64,000 bases of DNA, taken from assembly GCA_017536505.1 (NCBI GenBank), contig JAFXHG010000027.1, positions 1,409 through 65,408 of the forward strand, in the 5' to 3' direction. The notes below the pieces were generated by a model that saw nothing but the letters and a program-made list of their open reading frames with translations, was not told the DNA's origin and ran no database searches. This stretch comes from Bacilli bacterium (GTDB lineage Bacteria; Bacillota_I; Bacilli_A; RF39; UBA660). The position numbers were made by a program, and so were the translations under genes. Positions 7,968-17,112 of this stretch are shown here, in pieces; position 1 is the first letter of the stretch; every line of letters starts with the position of its first letter.

Positions 7968-9930
7968 AATAGCTTTAATAGGTAATCCTAATGTAGGAAA
8001 AAGTACTTTATTTAATGAACTTACAGGTATGCATCAACACACAGGTAATTGGACTGGTAAAACGGTAGGAAGTCAAGTAGGGTATAAAAAATATAAAAAT
8101 GAGACTATTGAATTTTATGATTTACCTGGAACATATTCATTAATACCTCATTCAGAAGAAGAAAAAGTAACAAGTGATTTTGTATTAAATGAAGATTATG
8201 ATATCGCACTTGTAGTATGTGATCCTTTATGTTTAGAAAGGAATCTTAATTTAGTTATACAGACTTTAGAAGTAACTAAAAATGTAATAGTGTGTATAAA
8301 TCTTTTAGATGAAGCTAAAAAAAGGAAAGTAGATATAGATTTAAATAAGTTATCCACATACTTAGGAGTCAAAGTAGTAGGTATAAGTGCGAGAAAAAAA
8401 GAAGGAATAGATGATTTATTAGATGCTATACTAAGTTATCCACAATCATCTTTTAATTTTGAATATGAAGAAAAAGTAGAAGAGTGTATAAATATAATTT
8501 ATGAACATACACAAAATAAATTTAAATCTATTAAAATTATTATAGAAGGGGTATCAGATAACCCTATAATACAAGAAAAACTTAATCAAATAAGACAGTA
8601 TTTAAAGGAATCTAATATTAATTTTAATGATTCGGTAATGAAAGAAGTAATGAATGAATGTGAAAAAATAAATAAAAATAGTATTAAAAGAAATACAATT
8701 AGAAATAAAATTAATTTAGATAAAATACTTACAAATAATCTTACAGGTATTCCAATAATGATAGTAATGCTTATGTGTTTATTCTGGATATCTATAGTAG
8801 GTGCTAATTATCCATCAGACTTTCTTTTTGATGCATTTACTAAATTTGGTAATTTCTTAAAAAATTTCTGTATAGATATTAATATTCCAAAGGTTATTTA
8901 TTTACCTCTTTTAGATGGTGTTTATAAAGTTCTGACTTGGGTAGTTGCAGTAATGCTTCCTCCTATGGCAATATTTTTTCCTTTATTCACATTATTAGAA
9001 GACTTTGGAATATTACCTAGAATTGCTTTTAATTTAGATGGATATTTTGAAAAAAATGGTACTTGCGGTAAACAAGCACTTACTATGTGTATGGGAATAG
9101 GTTGTAATGCTGTAGGAGTAACAGGAGCTAGAATAATAGATTCTAAAAGAGAAAGATTAATCGCAATACTTACCAATTCTTTTATACCTTGTAATGGTAG
9201 ATTTCCAACTCTTATTGTAATGTTTACTATGTTTTTTAGTATAACAAGTAATAGTATTCTTAATACAACTATAAATGTACTTTTATTAACTTTAATTATT
9301 TTATTTGTAATATTTATAACATTTATTGTATCAAGAATACTTTCAAAAACAATTCTTAAAGGGGATAACTCATTCTTTATACTAGAATTACCTCCTTATA
9401 GAAAACCACAAATACTAAAAGTACTTGTTAGATCACTTATAGATAGAACTTTAAAAATACTTGGTAGGGCAGTAGTAATAGCAGCTCCAACAGGTCTTAT
9501 TATTTGGTTACTTACAAACATAGTAATAAATAATAATAGTATAATAAATATAATATCCAACTTTTTAAACCCATTAGGTCTATTAATAGGTTTAGATGGT
9601 GTTATACTTACTGCATTTATTCTAGGTTTTCCAGCTAATGAAATAGTACTTCCAATAATTATAATGACATATCTATCATCAAATACTATGATTGATATAA
9701 ATGATATATCTTTAATAAAAAATTTATTTATATCGAATGGATGGACTATAATAACAGCTATATGTATGATTATATTTATAATATTTCATTATCCTTGCTC
9801 AACAACGCTTATAACTATTTATAAGGAAACAAAAAGTATTAAATGGACATTACTATCATTTGCTCTTCCTTTATTAATAGGTATAGTACTTTGTACGTTA
9901 ATTAATTTTATCTTTAATATAATAATTTAG
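7960..9930 (+). CDS. feoB: ferrous iron transporter FeoB
   Basis: N-terminal G-domain GNPNVGKSTLFN and DLPGTYSL, followed by a polytopic membrane domain. Confidence 0.92.
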   Translation: MIKIALIGNPNVGKSTLFNELTGMHQHTGNWTGKTVGSQVGYKKYKNETIEFYDLPGTYSLIPHSEEEKVTSDFVLNEDYDIALVVCDPLCLERNLNLVIQTLEVTKNVIVCINLLDEAKKRKVDIDLNKLSTYLGVKVVGISARKKEGIDDLLDAILSYPQSSFNFEYEEKVEECINIIYEHTQNKFKSIKIIIEGVSDNPIIQEKLNQIRQYLKESNINFNDSVMKEVMNECEKINKNSIKRNTIRNKINLDKILTNNLTGIPIMIVMLMCLFWISIVGANYPSDFLFDAFTKFGNFLKNFCIDINIPKVIYLPLLDGVYKVLTWVVAVMLPPMAIFFPLFTLLEDFGILPRIAFNLDGYFEKNGTCGKQALTMCMGIGCNAVGVTGARIIDSKRERLIAILTNSFIPCNGRFPTLIVMFTMFFSITSNSILNTTINVLLLTLIILFVIFITFIVSRILSKTILKGDNSFFILELPPYRKPQILKVLVRSLIDRTLKILGRAVVIAAPTGLIIWLLTNIVINNNSIINIISNFLNPLGLLIGLDGVILTAFILGFPANEIVLPIIIMTYLSSNTMIDINDISLIKNLFISNGWTIITAICMIIFIIFHYPCSTTLITIYKETKSIKWTLLSFALPLLIGIVLCTLINFIFNIII

Positions 9931-10015
9931 ATACTAAAAATTAGTATCTTTTTATTTACACCTAAAAAGAGATATGATAAAATTAAATTAGAATATATTT
10001 ATATAGGAGGTAATT

Positions 10016-11149
10016 ATGAAAAAAATATTTATAGCCCTTTTTAGCTTATTAGTTTTACCATTTGTAGTAAGTGCAGAAGAAAAAGTATTTGGTGATATAA
10101 AATACACTATTGAAGAAATAAACCTTAAAGAATACGTATGTGAGGAAATTAAAGATCATGACCTGGAAATATTGCCATTTTCTGACAAGGAATTTTATGT
10201 TAATGATATAACTGATTCTAAAGTTTATATGGTTGATATAACTAACCCTGGTATTTGTATAGATTATAACACTATACAAACTCATCCTTATATGAGATTT
10301 ATTATTTGGGGAGATAATAATGAAATATATGAAAAACAATATGATCAACAATTTGTAGCTGGAATATACTATGTTCCTGATTTAGAATATAGAGAAGTAT
10401 TTACACGTGCTGAAGAACAATATGATGCATCAGCACCATATTATGAATTAGTAAATGAAGAAGCAATTAAAGTAACAAATCCAAATGAAACAGACTTTAA
10501 TAATGGCAATTATTTACTTCTTTTAGAACCAAATGAAGCAACTCTATTAGGAGAAATAGACCCAAGTTCTTTAGTTGCTCCAAAAGAAAAAACTGGATTA
10601 ACAAGTGATTTAACATTCGAAAAAGATAATTTAATTGGTGTTTTAACTTTTAATAATAAAAAATATTATGCATTCTATAATGAAACAGTAATTCAATATG
10701 CATTTATATTTGATGAGACTGGTAATTATGAAACATTTGGAAAAGATAAATTGTTAGTAGAAAATTTCTCTGCTTCAAGAAATGGAGAATATATACTTCT
10801 TACAAGTGAACAAGATGAAAAAATAGTATTAGAGGTATTTGATACAGCATATAATCTAATTTTCTCAAAAGAAGTAGACCATCATTCTATTCATTTTACT
10901 GGAATAAAAGATAATACTAATTATATTTATGTTGGTGATAATAATTATAAAGAATCAAAACTAATATCAATTACTAAAACAAAAATGGAACTAGAAATAG
11001 AAAAAGAACCAGAAATAGAAAAAGAACCAGAAATAGAAAAAGTACCAGAAACTTATGATGGAATAACAAATTCAATAGTTATTGGATTTATATCTTTGAT
11101 ATGCTTACTTGCAACAACATTAATATATAGAAGAAAAAAAGCTAACTAA
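10016..11149 (+). CDS. secreted surface protein with signal peptide, EIEKEP repeats and sorting-signal-like C-terminus
   Basis: Signal peptide MKKIFIALFSLLVLPFVVSA|EE. The C-terminus has VPETYDG, a hydrophobic stretch, then RRKKAN. Confidence 0.6.
   Translation: MKKIFIALFSLLVLPFVVSAEEKVFGDIKYTIEEINLKEYVCEEIKDHDLEILPFSDKEFYVNDITDSKVYMVDITNPGICIDYNTIQTHPYMRFIIWGDNNEIYEKQYDQQFVAGIYYVPDLEYREVFTRAEEQYDASAPYYELVNEEAIKVTNPNETDFNNGNYLLLLEPNEATLLGEIDPSSLVAPKEKTGLTSDLTFEKDNLIGVLTFNNKKYYAFYNETVIQYAFIFDETGNYETFGKDKLLVENFSASRNGEYILLTSEQDEKIVLEVFDTAYNLIFSKEVDHHSIHFTGIKDNTNYIYVGDNNYKESKLISITKTKMELEIEKEPEIEKEPEIEKVPETYDGITNSIVIGFISLICLLATTLIYRRKKAN
10988..11053 (+). repeat. 18-bp tandem repeat (3.7 copies) encoding (E/L)EIEKEP
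   Basis: GAACTAGAAATAGAAAAA / GAACCAGAAATAGAAAAA x2 / GTACCAGAAACT, read directly from the sequence. Confidence 0.9.
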
Positions 11150-11227
11150 GAAGACTGATTAATAATCAGTTTTTTTATTGCATTTATTTTTGTATTTGTT
11201 ATAATAATTATTACTTGAGGTGATAGT

Positions 11228-12175
11228 ATGGATAAAAGATTTATTTTATTACTAAGGAATGCAATAAATTTAGCAAACGATAAACTTATGAATTGTCATG
11301 AGGTATCTGAAGAATGCGGAAAATTTTTTTGGATATACCCATTCACAAATGAAAATATAAATGGATATATTGATTTATTTAACTTAAAAGATAGATCTTT
11401 ACTTACTACAGGTTCATCATCAGATCAAGCAATAAATGCAATTTTAAAAGGTTGTAGTGATATAACAGTAGTGGATATTAATCCATTTACTAAGTATTAT
11501 TTTAATCTAAAAAAAGCAGCAATTTTAACCTTAAGTTATGAAGAATTTTTTAAATTTTTTTGTTACGTAGATTATCCTAAAGTATTTAAATATAATTATG
11601 ATGCATTTAATTATGGAAGTTATGTTAAATTAAAAAATATATTAAAAGAATTAGATGAAAAATCATTTCTATTTTGGGATACACTATTTGATGTGTGTAA
11701 ACCAAATGACGTAAGAAGAAAATTATTTTCAAATGATGAAGAAAGATTAAGTGTAATAAAGGGAATTAATCCTTATTTAAAAGATGAAAACATGTACAAA
11801 AAAACAAAAATAAAAATTGAAAATATAAATCTAAAATTTATAGAAGGAGATATATTTAAAATAAAGTTAGAGAAAACATATGACAATATATTTTTATCTA
11901 ATATAGGGACATATTATTCATTAGAAGAGAATAAGACATTAATTGATAAATTAGAAAATAATTTAAATGATAACGGTAAGATGTTAATGTGTTATTTATA
12001 TCAAACTGTAAGAGATACAAAATATAGAGAAGAATGGAATCCAATATATAATTTAGATAAAACTTTTGAAATATTAGAAGATTATGTAACTTATTTTGAA
12101 AGTTTTCAAGGTATTCGAGGATTAATGTTTGAAGACAAAAATATAAAAGATAGTGTGATGATTTATAAAAAATAA
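11228..12175 (+). CDS. DUF3419 / BtaA-like SAM-dependent transferase family protein
   Basis: LLTTGSSSDQAINAILKGCSDITVVDINPFTKYYFNLKKAAI matches my memory of the DUF3419 N-terminal signature. Confidence 0.45.
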   Translation: MDKRFILLLRNAINLANDKLMNCHEVSEECGKFFWIYPFTNENINGYIDLFNLKDRSLLTTGSSSDQAINAILKGCSDITVVDINPFTKYYFNLKKAAILTLSYEEFFKFFCYVDYPKVFKYNYDAFNYGSYVKLKNILKELDEKSFLFWDTLFDVCKPNDVRRKLFSNDEERLSVIKGINPYLKDENMYKKTKIKIENINLKFIEGDIFKIKLEKTYDNIFLSNIGTYYSLEENKTLIDKLENNLNDNGKMLMCYLYQTVRDTKYREEWNPIYNLDKTFEILEDYVTYFESFQGIRGLMFEDKNIKDSVMIYKK

Positions 12176-12289
12176 ATCGAATTGTGTGAAATATTATTGT
12201 AAAATAATTGTAAATATTTTATGTTAATTTGTTTTTTTTCTTTACCTGAAGAAAATAAGTATGGTATAATGCTATTAGGAGGTATAGAT

Positions 12290-12796
12290 ATGGGGCATTG
12301 GGAACATGAATGGGAAGATTATAACCCATCAACAGACAGATATACTTATGGACCTAGAAAATATGTTTTAGACGAAAAAGATAGAGAAGAAACATATGAA
12401 AAAAGACGAAAAGAAAGTGAAAGTAAAACTATTAGTGCTTATATAAGAGATATAAAATCAAGTAGTGATTATGAGCAAATAAGAGAAGCAGAACAAGCAA
12501 TAGATAAATCAGAATACTTATCTTCTAGTGAAAAAGTTTCTTGGAGAAGAGAATTAGCTCAGCACATTAGAAGTTTAAGAAGATATGAAGATATGAAAGT
12601 TCAATCAGAAATAGATAGATCTAAAAGAAATAGAGAATCTAGAAAAGAAAAATATTCTGCTTTTGAAGAAGCTACAAAAAGATATAAATCAAGAAGTATA
12701 TTCTGGAGACTTACTCATCAAAATCAAAGACCAAGTAAAATTGATTATGATACGATGACAGTAGATCAAATAAATGGTCTATATAAAAAAAGATAA
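12290..12796 (+). CDS. hypothetical highly charged protein
   Basis: ATG 12290 follows AGGAGG, with TATAAT at 12265-12270. No recognisable family. Confidence 0.4.
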   Translation: MGHWEHEWEDYNPSTDRYTYGPRKYVLDEKDREETYEKRRKESESKTISAYIRDIKSSSDYEQIREAEQAIDKSEYLSSSEKVSWRRELAQHIRSLRRYEDMKVQSEIDRSKRNRESRKEKYSAFEEATKRYKSRSIFWRLTHQNQRPSKIDYDTMTVDQINGLYKKR

Positions 12797-12797
12797 C

Positions 12798-12827
12798 AAA
12801 AAAGATGTATTAATTTACATCTTTTTT
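12798..12827. terminator. bidirectional terminator between convergent genes
   Basis: AAAAGATGTA-TTAATT-TACATCTTTT perfect 10-bp stem, flanked by A and T runs. Confidence 0.65.
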
Positions 12828-13606
12828 CTTACTTTTTTTTCTATAAAACTAACAAGATAATACATTAAAGCAGCAACAATACAAAGTATAAATATACCAC
12901 TTATAACTAAACTTAAGTTAAATACTTGTGATCCATATAGAATTAAATAACCTATACCTTGTTTTGATACTAAAAATTCCCCCATAATAACACCTATCAA
13001 ACTCATACTAACGTTTATTTTTAATGCACTTATAATAGTATTTATACTATTAGGAAGTATTAGTTTAAAAAATATTTGATACTTTTTCGCACCTAATGTT
13101 TTCATTAATTTAATCTTGTTTTGATTAGTACTATTAAATCCTTCATATACATTTATAATAGTTATAATTAGAGATATTAAAAGAGCCATAACTATGATAG
13201 ATTTAATACCAGCCCCAAACCAAATAATAATTATTGGTCCCAAAGCTACTTTAGGTAAACTATTTAAAATAGTAAGATAAGGTTCAATAACTTTTTGTAT
13301 TCTTTTATTCCACCAAAGTATACTAGCAATCACTGTACCAAGTATTGTAGCTATACTAAAACTTAAAAAAGTTTCATAAACAGTTACCCAAATATGACTA
13401 AATAAATCTTTAGTATTATATAAATTTATAATAGTATCTAATACTTTTTTAGGACTAGAAAATATAAATGTATTTATAATATTAAAATCAGCTAATATTT
13501 GCCAAATGACAATAAAAATAATAAGTATTAATATTTGAAAAAGAGAAATAATAATTTTTTCTTTTTTTAATTTCTTTAAAAAATTTAAATGTTCTTTACT
13601 ATACAT
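12815..13606 (-). CDS. ABC transporter permease (NitT/TauT/SsuC-type)
   Basis: Six TM segments with a binding-protein-dependent transport signature region (...LMKTLGAKKYQIFFKLILP...). The start ATG overlaps the ATPase stop (ATGTATAG). The track start 13693 is an upstream extension. Confidence 0.8.
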   Translation of the reverse strand: MYSKEHLNFLKKLKKEKIIISLFQILILIIFIVIWQILADFNIINTFIFSSPKKVLDTIINLYNTKDLFSHIWVTVYETFLSFSIATILGTVIASILWWNKRIQKVIEPYLTILNSLPKVALGPIIIIWFGAGIKSIIVMALLISLIITIINVYEGFNSTNQNKIKLMKTLGAKKYQIFFKLILPNSINTIISALKINVSMSLIGVIMGEFLVSKQGIGYLILYGSQVFNLSLVISGIFILCIVAALMYYLVSFIEKKVRKKM

Positions 13607-13934
13607 GGAAATCAATATCCTTCCATATCTTATCATAATAATAAGAAAATTTATTATCTTTTCTATTATTGATAGGTGTACTTCTATTTTCAAGTTCTAT
13701 ATCATAAATACTTTTTATAACTGCAGGTCTACTTGATAGAACTATTACTTTAGAGCAAACACTAATTGCTTCTGCGATATCATGGGTAATCATAATCATA
13801 GTCTTTTTTTCTTTTTTTAAAATATTATAAATATCATCAGAAATAGCTAATCGACTTTGATAATCCAAAGCAGAAAAAGGTTCATCCATCAAAAGCAAGT
13901 CAGGATTAGTTGCGAGTGTCCTAATTAGGGCAAC
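13599..13934 (-). pseudogene. ABC transporter ATPase, C-terminal fragment (Walker B, D-loop, H-loop)
   Basis: The open frame extends beyond the track ORF to read (Y-I-R-R-V)ALIRTLATNPDLLLMDEPFSALD...ITHD. Walker A and the signature motif are absent here and are found at 26767-27179. Confidence 0.9.
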
Positions 13935-13956
13935 TCTACGAATATAATGTAGACAC
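13935..13956. repeat. left terminal inverted repeat / att half-site
   Basis: TCTACGAATATAATGTAGACAC. The first 10 nt are the exact reverse complement of the last 10 nt of 26745-26766, and 17 of 22 match overall. Confidence 0.85.
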
Positions 13957-14067
13957 TAATACCTTATCAAAGCCTTGAAAAATAAGGCTTTTAAAATTTC
14001 GTTTTTTTATGTTTAACTTGTATTTTTAAGATTTTTATTACTTTCCGACAAATTGTCGGGAACAGAG

Positions 14068-14925
14068 TTATTTATTTTCTATTTGTTTTTTATCATCTAT
14101 ATATTGATAATTTAAAGCATTTTGATTTGATATAGCCGATTTTTTAATTGCTTTCTCATAAGATTTTCTAGCATCATTAGCAACTTGTCCACCTTTACGA
14201 GCTACTTTCATATTTTCTTTAAATCCTTGTGGATGTTCAGATTCTGCTATATCACGAGTAGCGATTTCGCCTAAATCAGTAAGTAGAACTTCTATATCAG
14301 TCATATTATCTCGTAAAGATTCTTTTCTAATTCCTTTAAATTGTTTGTATTCATTTGCTTTCATACCTGACCAACTTTTATATATTTCATTAGTAAGCAT
14401 TGCATATTCGCGAGTTTTTTCAACGCCTCCATCTTTCCAAACATCAGTTAATCTTTTTCTTTCTTGAATGCCTTTAATTCTTTTAGAAATCCATGCCTCA
14501 TCATAACCTTTAGCACGATATGTATCTATTGCTCTTTGCATTGTTAATGATGGGTCAAACACTTCATCAATTCTTTCTTTACCTAAATGAGCTAACCATT
14601 GTTTTATAGGTTCAGCATTTTTACTAGGTACAGATTCAATTATTCTAAACATACCTTCAATATCACAAACATCAGTCATACGATATTTACCGTCAGTAGC
14701 TTTCAATTTCAACTGTCTAGTAATACTAGACGTTTCAAAATTTTCTTCTTTTAATAACTTATTTTTTAACCAATTCCAATATTTTCTAGGTTCTTTACTA
14801 TCAGCTAAAACACCAACAATATCAACGATACTAATATAATATTTTTCTTCATCCTTATCCCAAATAGTTCTAATTGTTTCATTGTTAAATATTTTATTAA
14901 TTAAATGCATATTATCTTGTTTCAT
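14068..14925 (-). CDS. Bro-N domain protein (DinD / phage antirepressor-like)
   Basis: The N-terminus ...FNNETIRTIWDKDEEKYYISIVDIVGVLADSKEPRKYWNWLK is Bro-N-like. The 285-aa DinD-type architecture fits. Confidence 0.6.
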   Translation of the reverse strand: MKQDNMHLINKIFNNETIRTIWDKDEEKYYISIVDIVGVLADSKEPRKYWNWLKNKLLKEENFETSSITRQLKLKATDGKYRMTDVCDIEGMFRIIESVPSKNAEPIKQWLAHLGKERIDEVFDPSLTMQRAIDTYRAKGYDEAWISKRIKGIQERKRLTDVWKDGGVEKTREYAMLTNEIYKSWSGMKANEYKQFKGIRKESLRDNMTDIEVLLTDLGEIATRDIAESEHPQGFKENMKVARKGGQVANDARKSYEKAIKKSAISNQNALNYQYIDDKKQIENK

Positions 14926-15058
14926 TTATTCACCATCCTTTACTATATATTTTTAATATGTATTAAAATATGTATTAAGCAAAAGGTTATAGAAGTGTAT
15001 AACCTCTCACTTATATTATTCTACAAAAGTTTTGAATTTCCTTTTTTATTTTTGAATT

Positions 15059-16672
15059 TTATTCAAAATTCCATTTAATTTCAATATCTCTTGTATTTGT
15101 TTCTTCATTGATTTTGCCGATATAGATTTTATCTACAAATTCATCTACTATAACTCTGTTTAATTTTTCTAATTGTTGATATTTATTAAATAATTCTTTT
15201 GTATTTTTATTTGAAGATTCTTTTAGTGTATAATAGTTAATCTCATTTTCAATAGATTTTAATTGGTCTTTTAACTTTTCATCATCATTATTATAATTAG
15301 TAATTAATTCTTTAAATTGTTCTGCATTAATTATTCCATTAACTTTATCTTCATAAAGATTTTTTAAATAATTTTTAGTCTTTGCCATTTGATTAACTAT
15401 GGTCTCTTTTTGTTTTGTTAATAAATTAATTCTTTTAGTGAACTTATTATTTTCTTTTTTCAAAGATTCTGTTTCTAAAATATTTAAATCATAAAACTTT
15501 TTAACTTTTTTGTTAATGTGACTTAATACTAATTCCTCTAAAGCATCATACCTAATCGCTGCTTTATTTATACAATCATTGTAACCATCTCTGTTATTAG
15601 AACATACAAGATATTCATGTTTAGAAGAATTCTTTTTTCTCATATAGCGACCACATTCTTTACAAAATACTTTGCCAGAGAAGTTATGAACAATTCCTGT
15701 TGATTTCATAGGTTTTGTTCTTTCTTTCAAAGCAATTTGAACTTTTGCAAATGTTTCCTCATCAATTATAGCTTCGTGCATATTTTCTCTACGAATCCAT
15801 TTATCTTCAGGTTTATTAATTACTTTATGATTTTTATAACTAACGGTAGTTCTTTTTCCTTGAATTAAATGTCCTAAATATAATTCATTTTTTAATATTG
15901 TTTTAATAGCATTTGTATTCCATTTAATTTCCTCTCTAGGTCTATTACTAATTACATTTAATTTAATACCTTTTCTATATTTATAAAGAGAGGGGCAAGG
16001 AATATTTTTATCATTTAAGTAATGAGATATTCCAGTAAATCCCATACCTTTTAAATATAAATCGTATATTTCTTTAACAACTTCACTAGCAACAGGATCA
16101 ACAACTAACTTGTTATTATCTTCTTTAGATACTTCATAACCAAATGAGGCGAAAGGAGAAATGAATTCTCCTTGCTTCATTTTTGAATTAAAAGCACTTC
16201 TAATATTATCTGAAACATCTTCTAAATACCATTCATTAACTAATCCATTTATTTGTCTTGATTTTTTATTACCGCTATTGTCAGTATCAGCATTATCAGA
16301 TAAACCGATAAATCTTATATTCCATTCTTTGAATTTATTGTTAATATACTTTTCAACGATTTCCATATCTCTTGAAAATCTAGATTGGCTTTTACATAAA
16401 ACTACATCAATTTTCCCATTTTCACAATCTCTAATTAATCTTTCAAATTCAGGTCTATAAGTACCAGCCCCCGATAAATCTTCATCACAATATTCATCAA
16501 CCAACATAAATTGTGGATTTTTATCGATATAATCTAGCAACATATTTCTTTGATTTTTAATAGATTCACTATCATCATCTTTATTAATTTTATCTCTATC
16601 TTCATTTGATAATCTTAAATAAATAACAACTCTTAATAATATCTTCTCTCTAACACTCTCCATTTCATTCAT
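15059..16672 (-). CDS. large serine recombinase (resolvase domain, recombinase domain, zinc ribbon, coiled coil)
   Basis: N-terminal VVIYLRLSNEDRD with the catalytic Ser. Cys cluster CKECGRYM...CSNN...C. Long C-terminal coiled coil. 537 aa. Confidence 0.9.
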   Translation of the reverse strand: MNEMESVREKILLRVVIYLRLSNEDRDKINKDDDSESIKNQRNMLLDYIDKNPQFMLVDEYCDEDLSGAGTYRPEFERLIRDCENGKIDVVLCKSQSRFSRDMEIVEKYINNKFKEWNIRFIGLSDNADTDNSGNKKSRQINGLVNEWYLEDVSDNIRSAFNSKMKQGEFISPFASFGYEVSKEDNNKLVVDPVASEVVKEIYDLYLKGMGFTGISHYLNDKNIPCPSLYKYRKGIKLNVISNRPREEIKWNTNAIKTILKNELYLGHLIQGKRTTVSYKNHKVINKPEDKWIRRENMHEAIIDEETFAKVQIALKERTKPMKSTGIVHNFSGKVFCKECGRYMRKKNSSKHEYLVCSNNRDGYNDCINKAAIRYDALEELVLSHINKKVKKFYDLNILETESLKKENNKFTKRINLLTKQKETIVNQMAKTKNYLKNLYEDKVNGIINAEQFKELITNYNNDDEKLKDQLKSIENEINYYTLKESSNKNTKELFNKYQQLEKLNRVIVDEFVDKIYIGKINEETNTRDIEIKWNFE

Positions 16673-17112
16673 AACTATTACCTCCTAACTTAAGGCAATA
16701 ATTACTTATCAAGTTAAACTTATAACCAATACAATTATACCATTTAATTACACTCATTTGTGCAAGTTTCCATAAATAATATAATATTTAACAACTTTTT
16801 ATTTATAATCTCTTTTAAATCGTTATCGGTTATAGTTTTATTTACTACTTCTTTAACATTATAGACTATATTTATAAAGCTCACCTCTAATTTAAATATA
16901 TTATTTAAAGTGTGATTTTAAACTAATATAGCAGTAATGTTTATTATTTTTGTACTTTGTTTTATTCATAATATCAATCCTCACTTTCGTTTTTACTTCT
17001 TTATACTTAGGGATAAAATTTTGGTACATTTTTCAATTTTTTTAAAATTTATAATATTTATATTTTATATATAGTTATTGCTACTTATAGTTTAAGAGAG
17101 AGAATTTATTAA

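Noticed and set aside
10988-11053. Possible CRISPR-like or other spaced-repeat array (also considered for 32281-32603)
   Set aside because: Both are contiguous in-frame coding tandem repeats (18-bp and 36-bp units) without spacers. No CRISPR array or cas gene is visible anywhere in the window.
13599-13898. Track ORF presented as a free-standing 99-aa protein starting MLLMDEPF
   Set aside because: The Met is internal to the Walker B motif. The frame is open upstream to the insertion junction, so this is the C-terminal half of a disrupted ABC ATPase rather than a gene in its own right.
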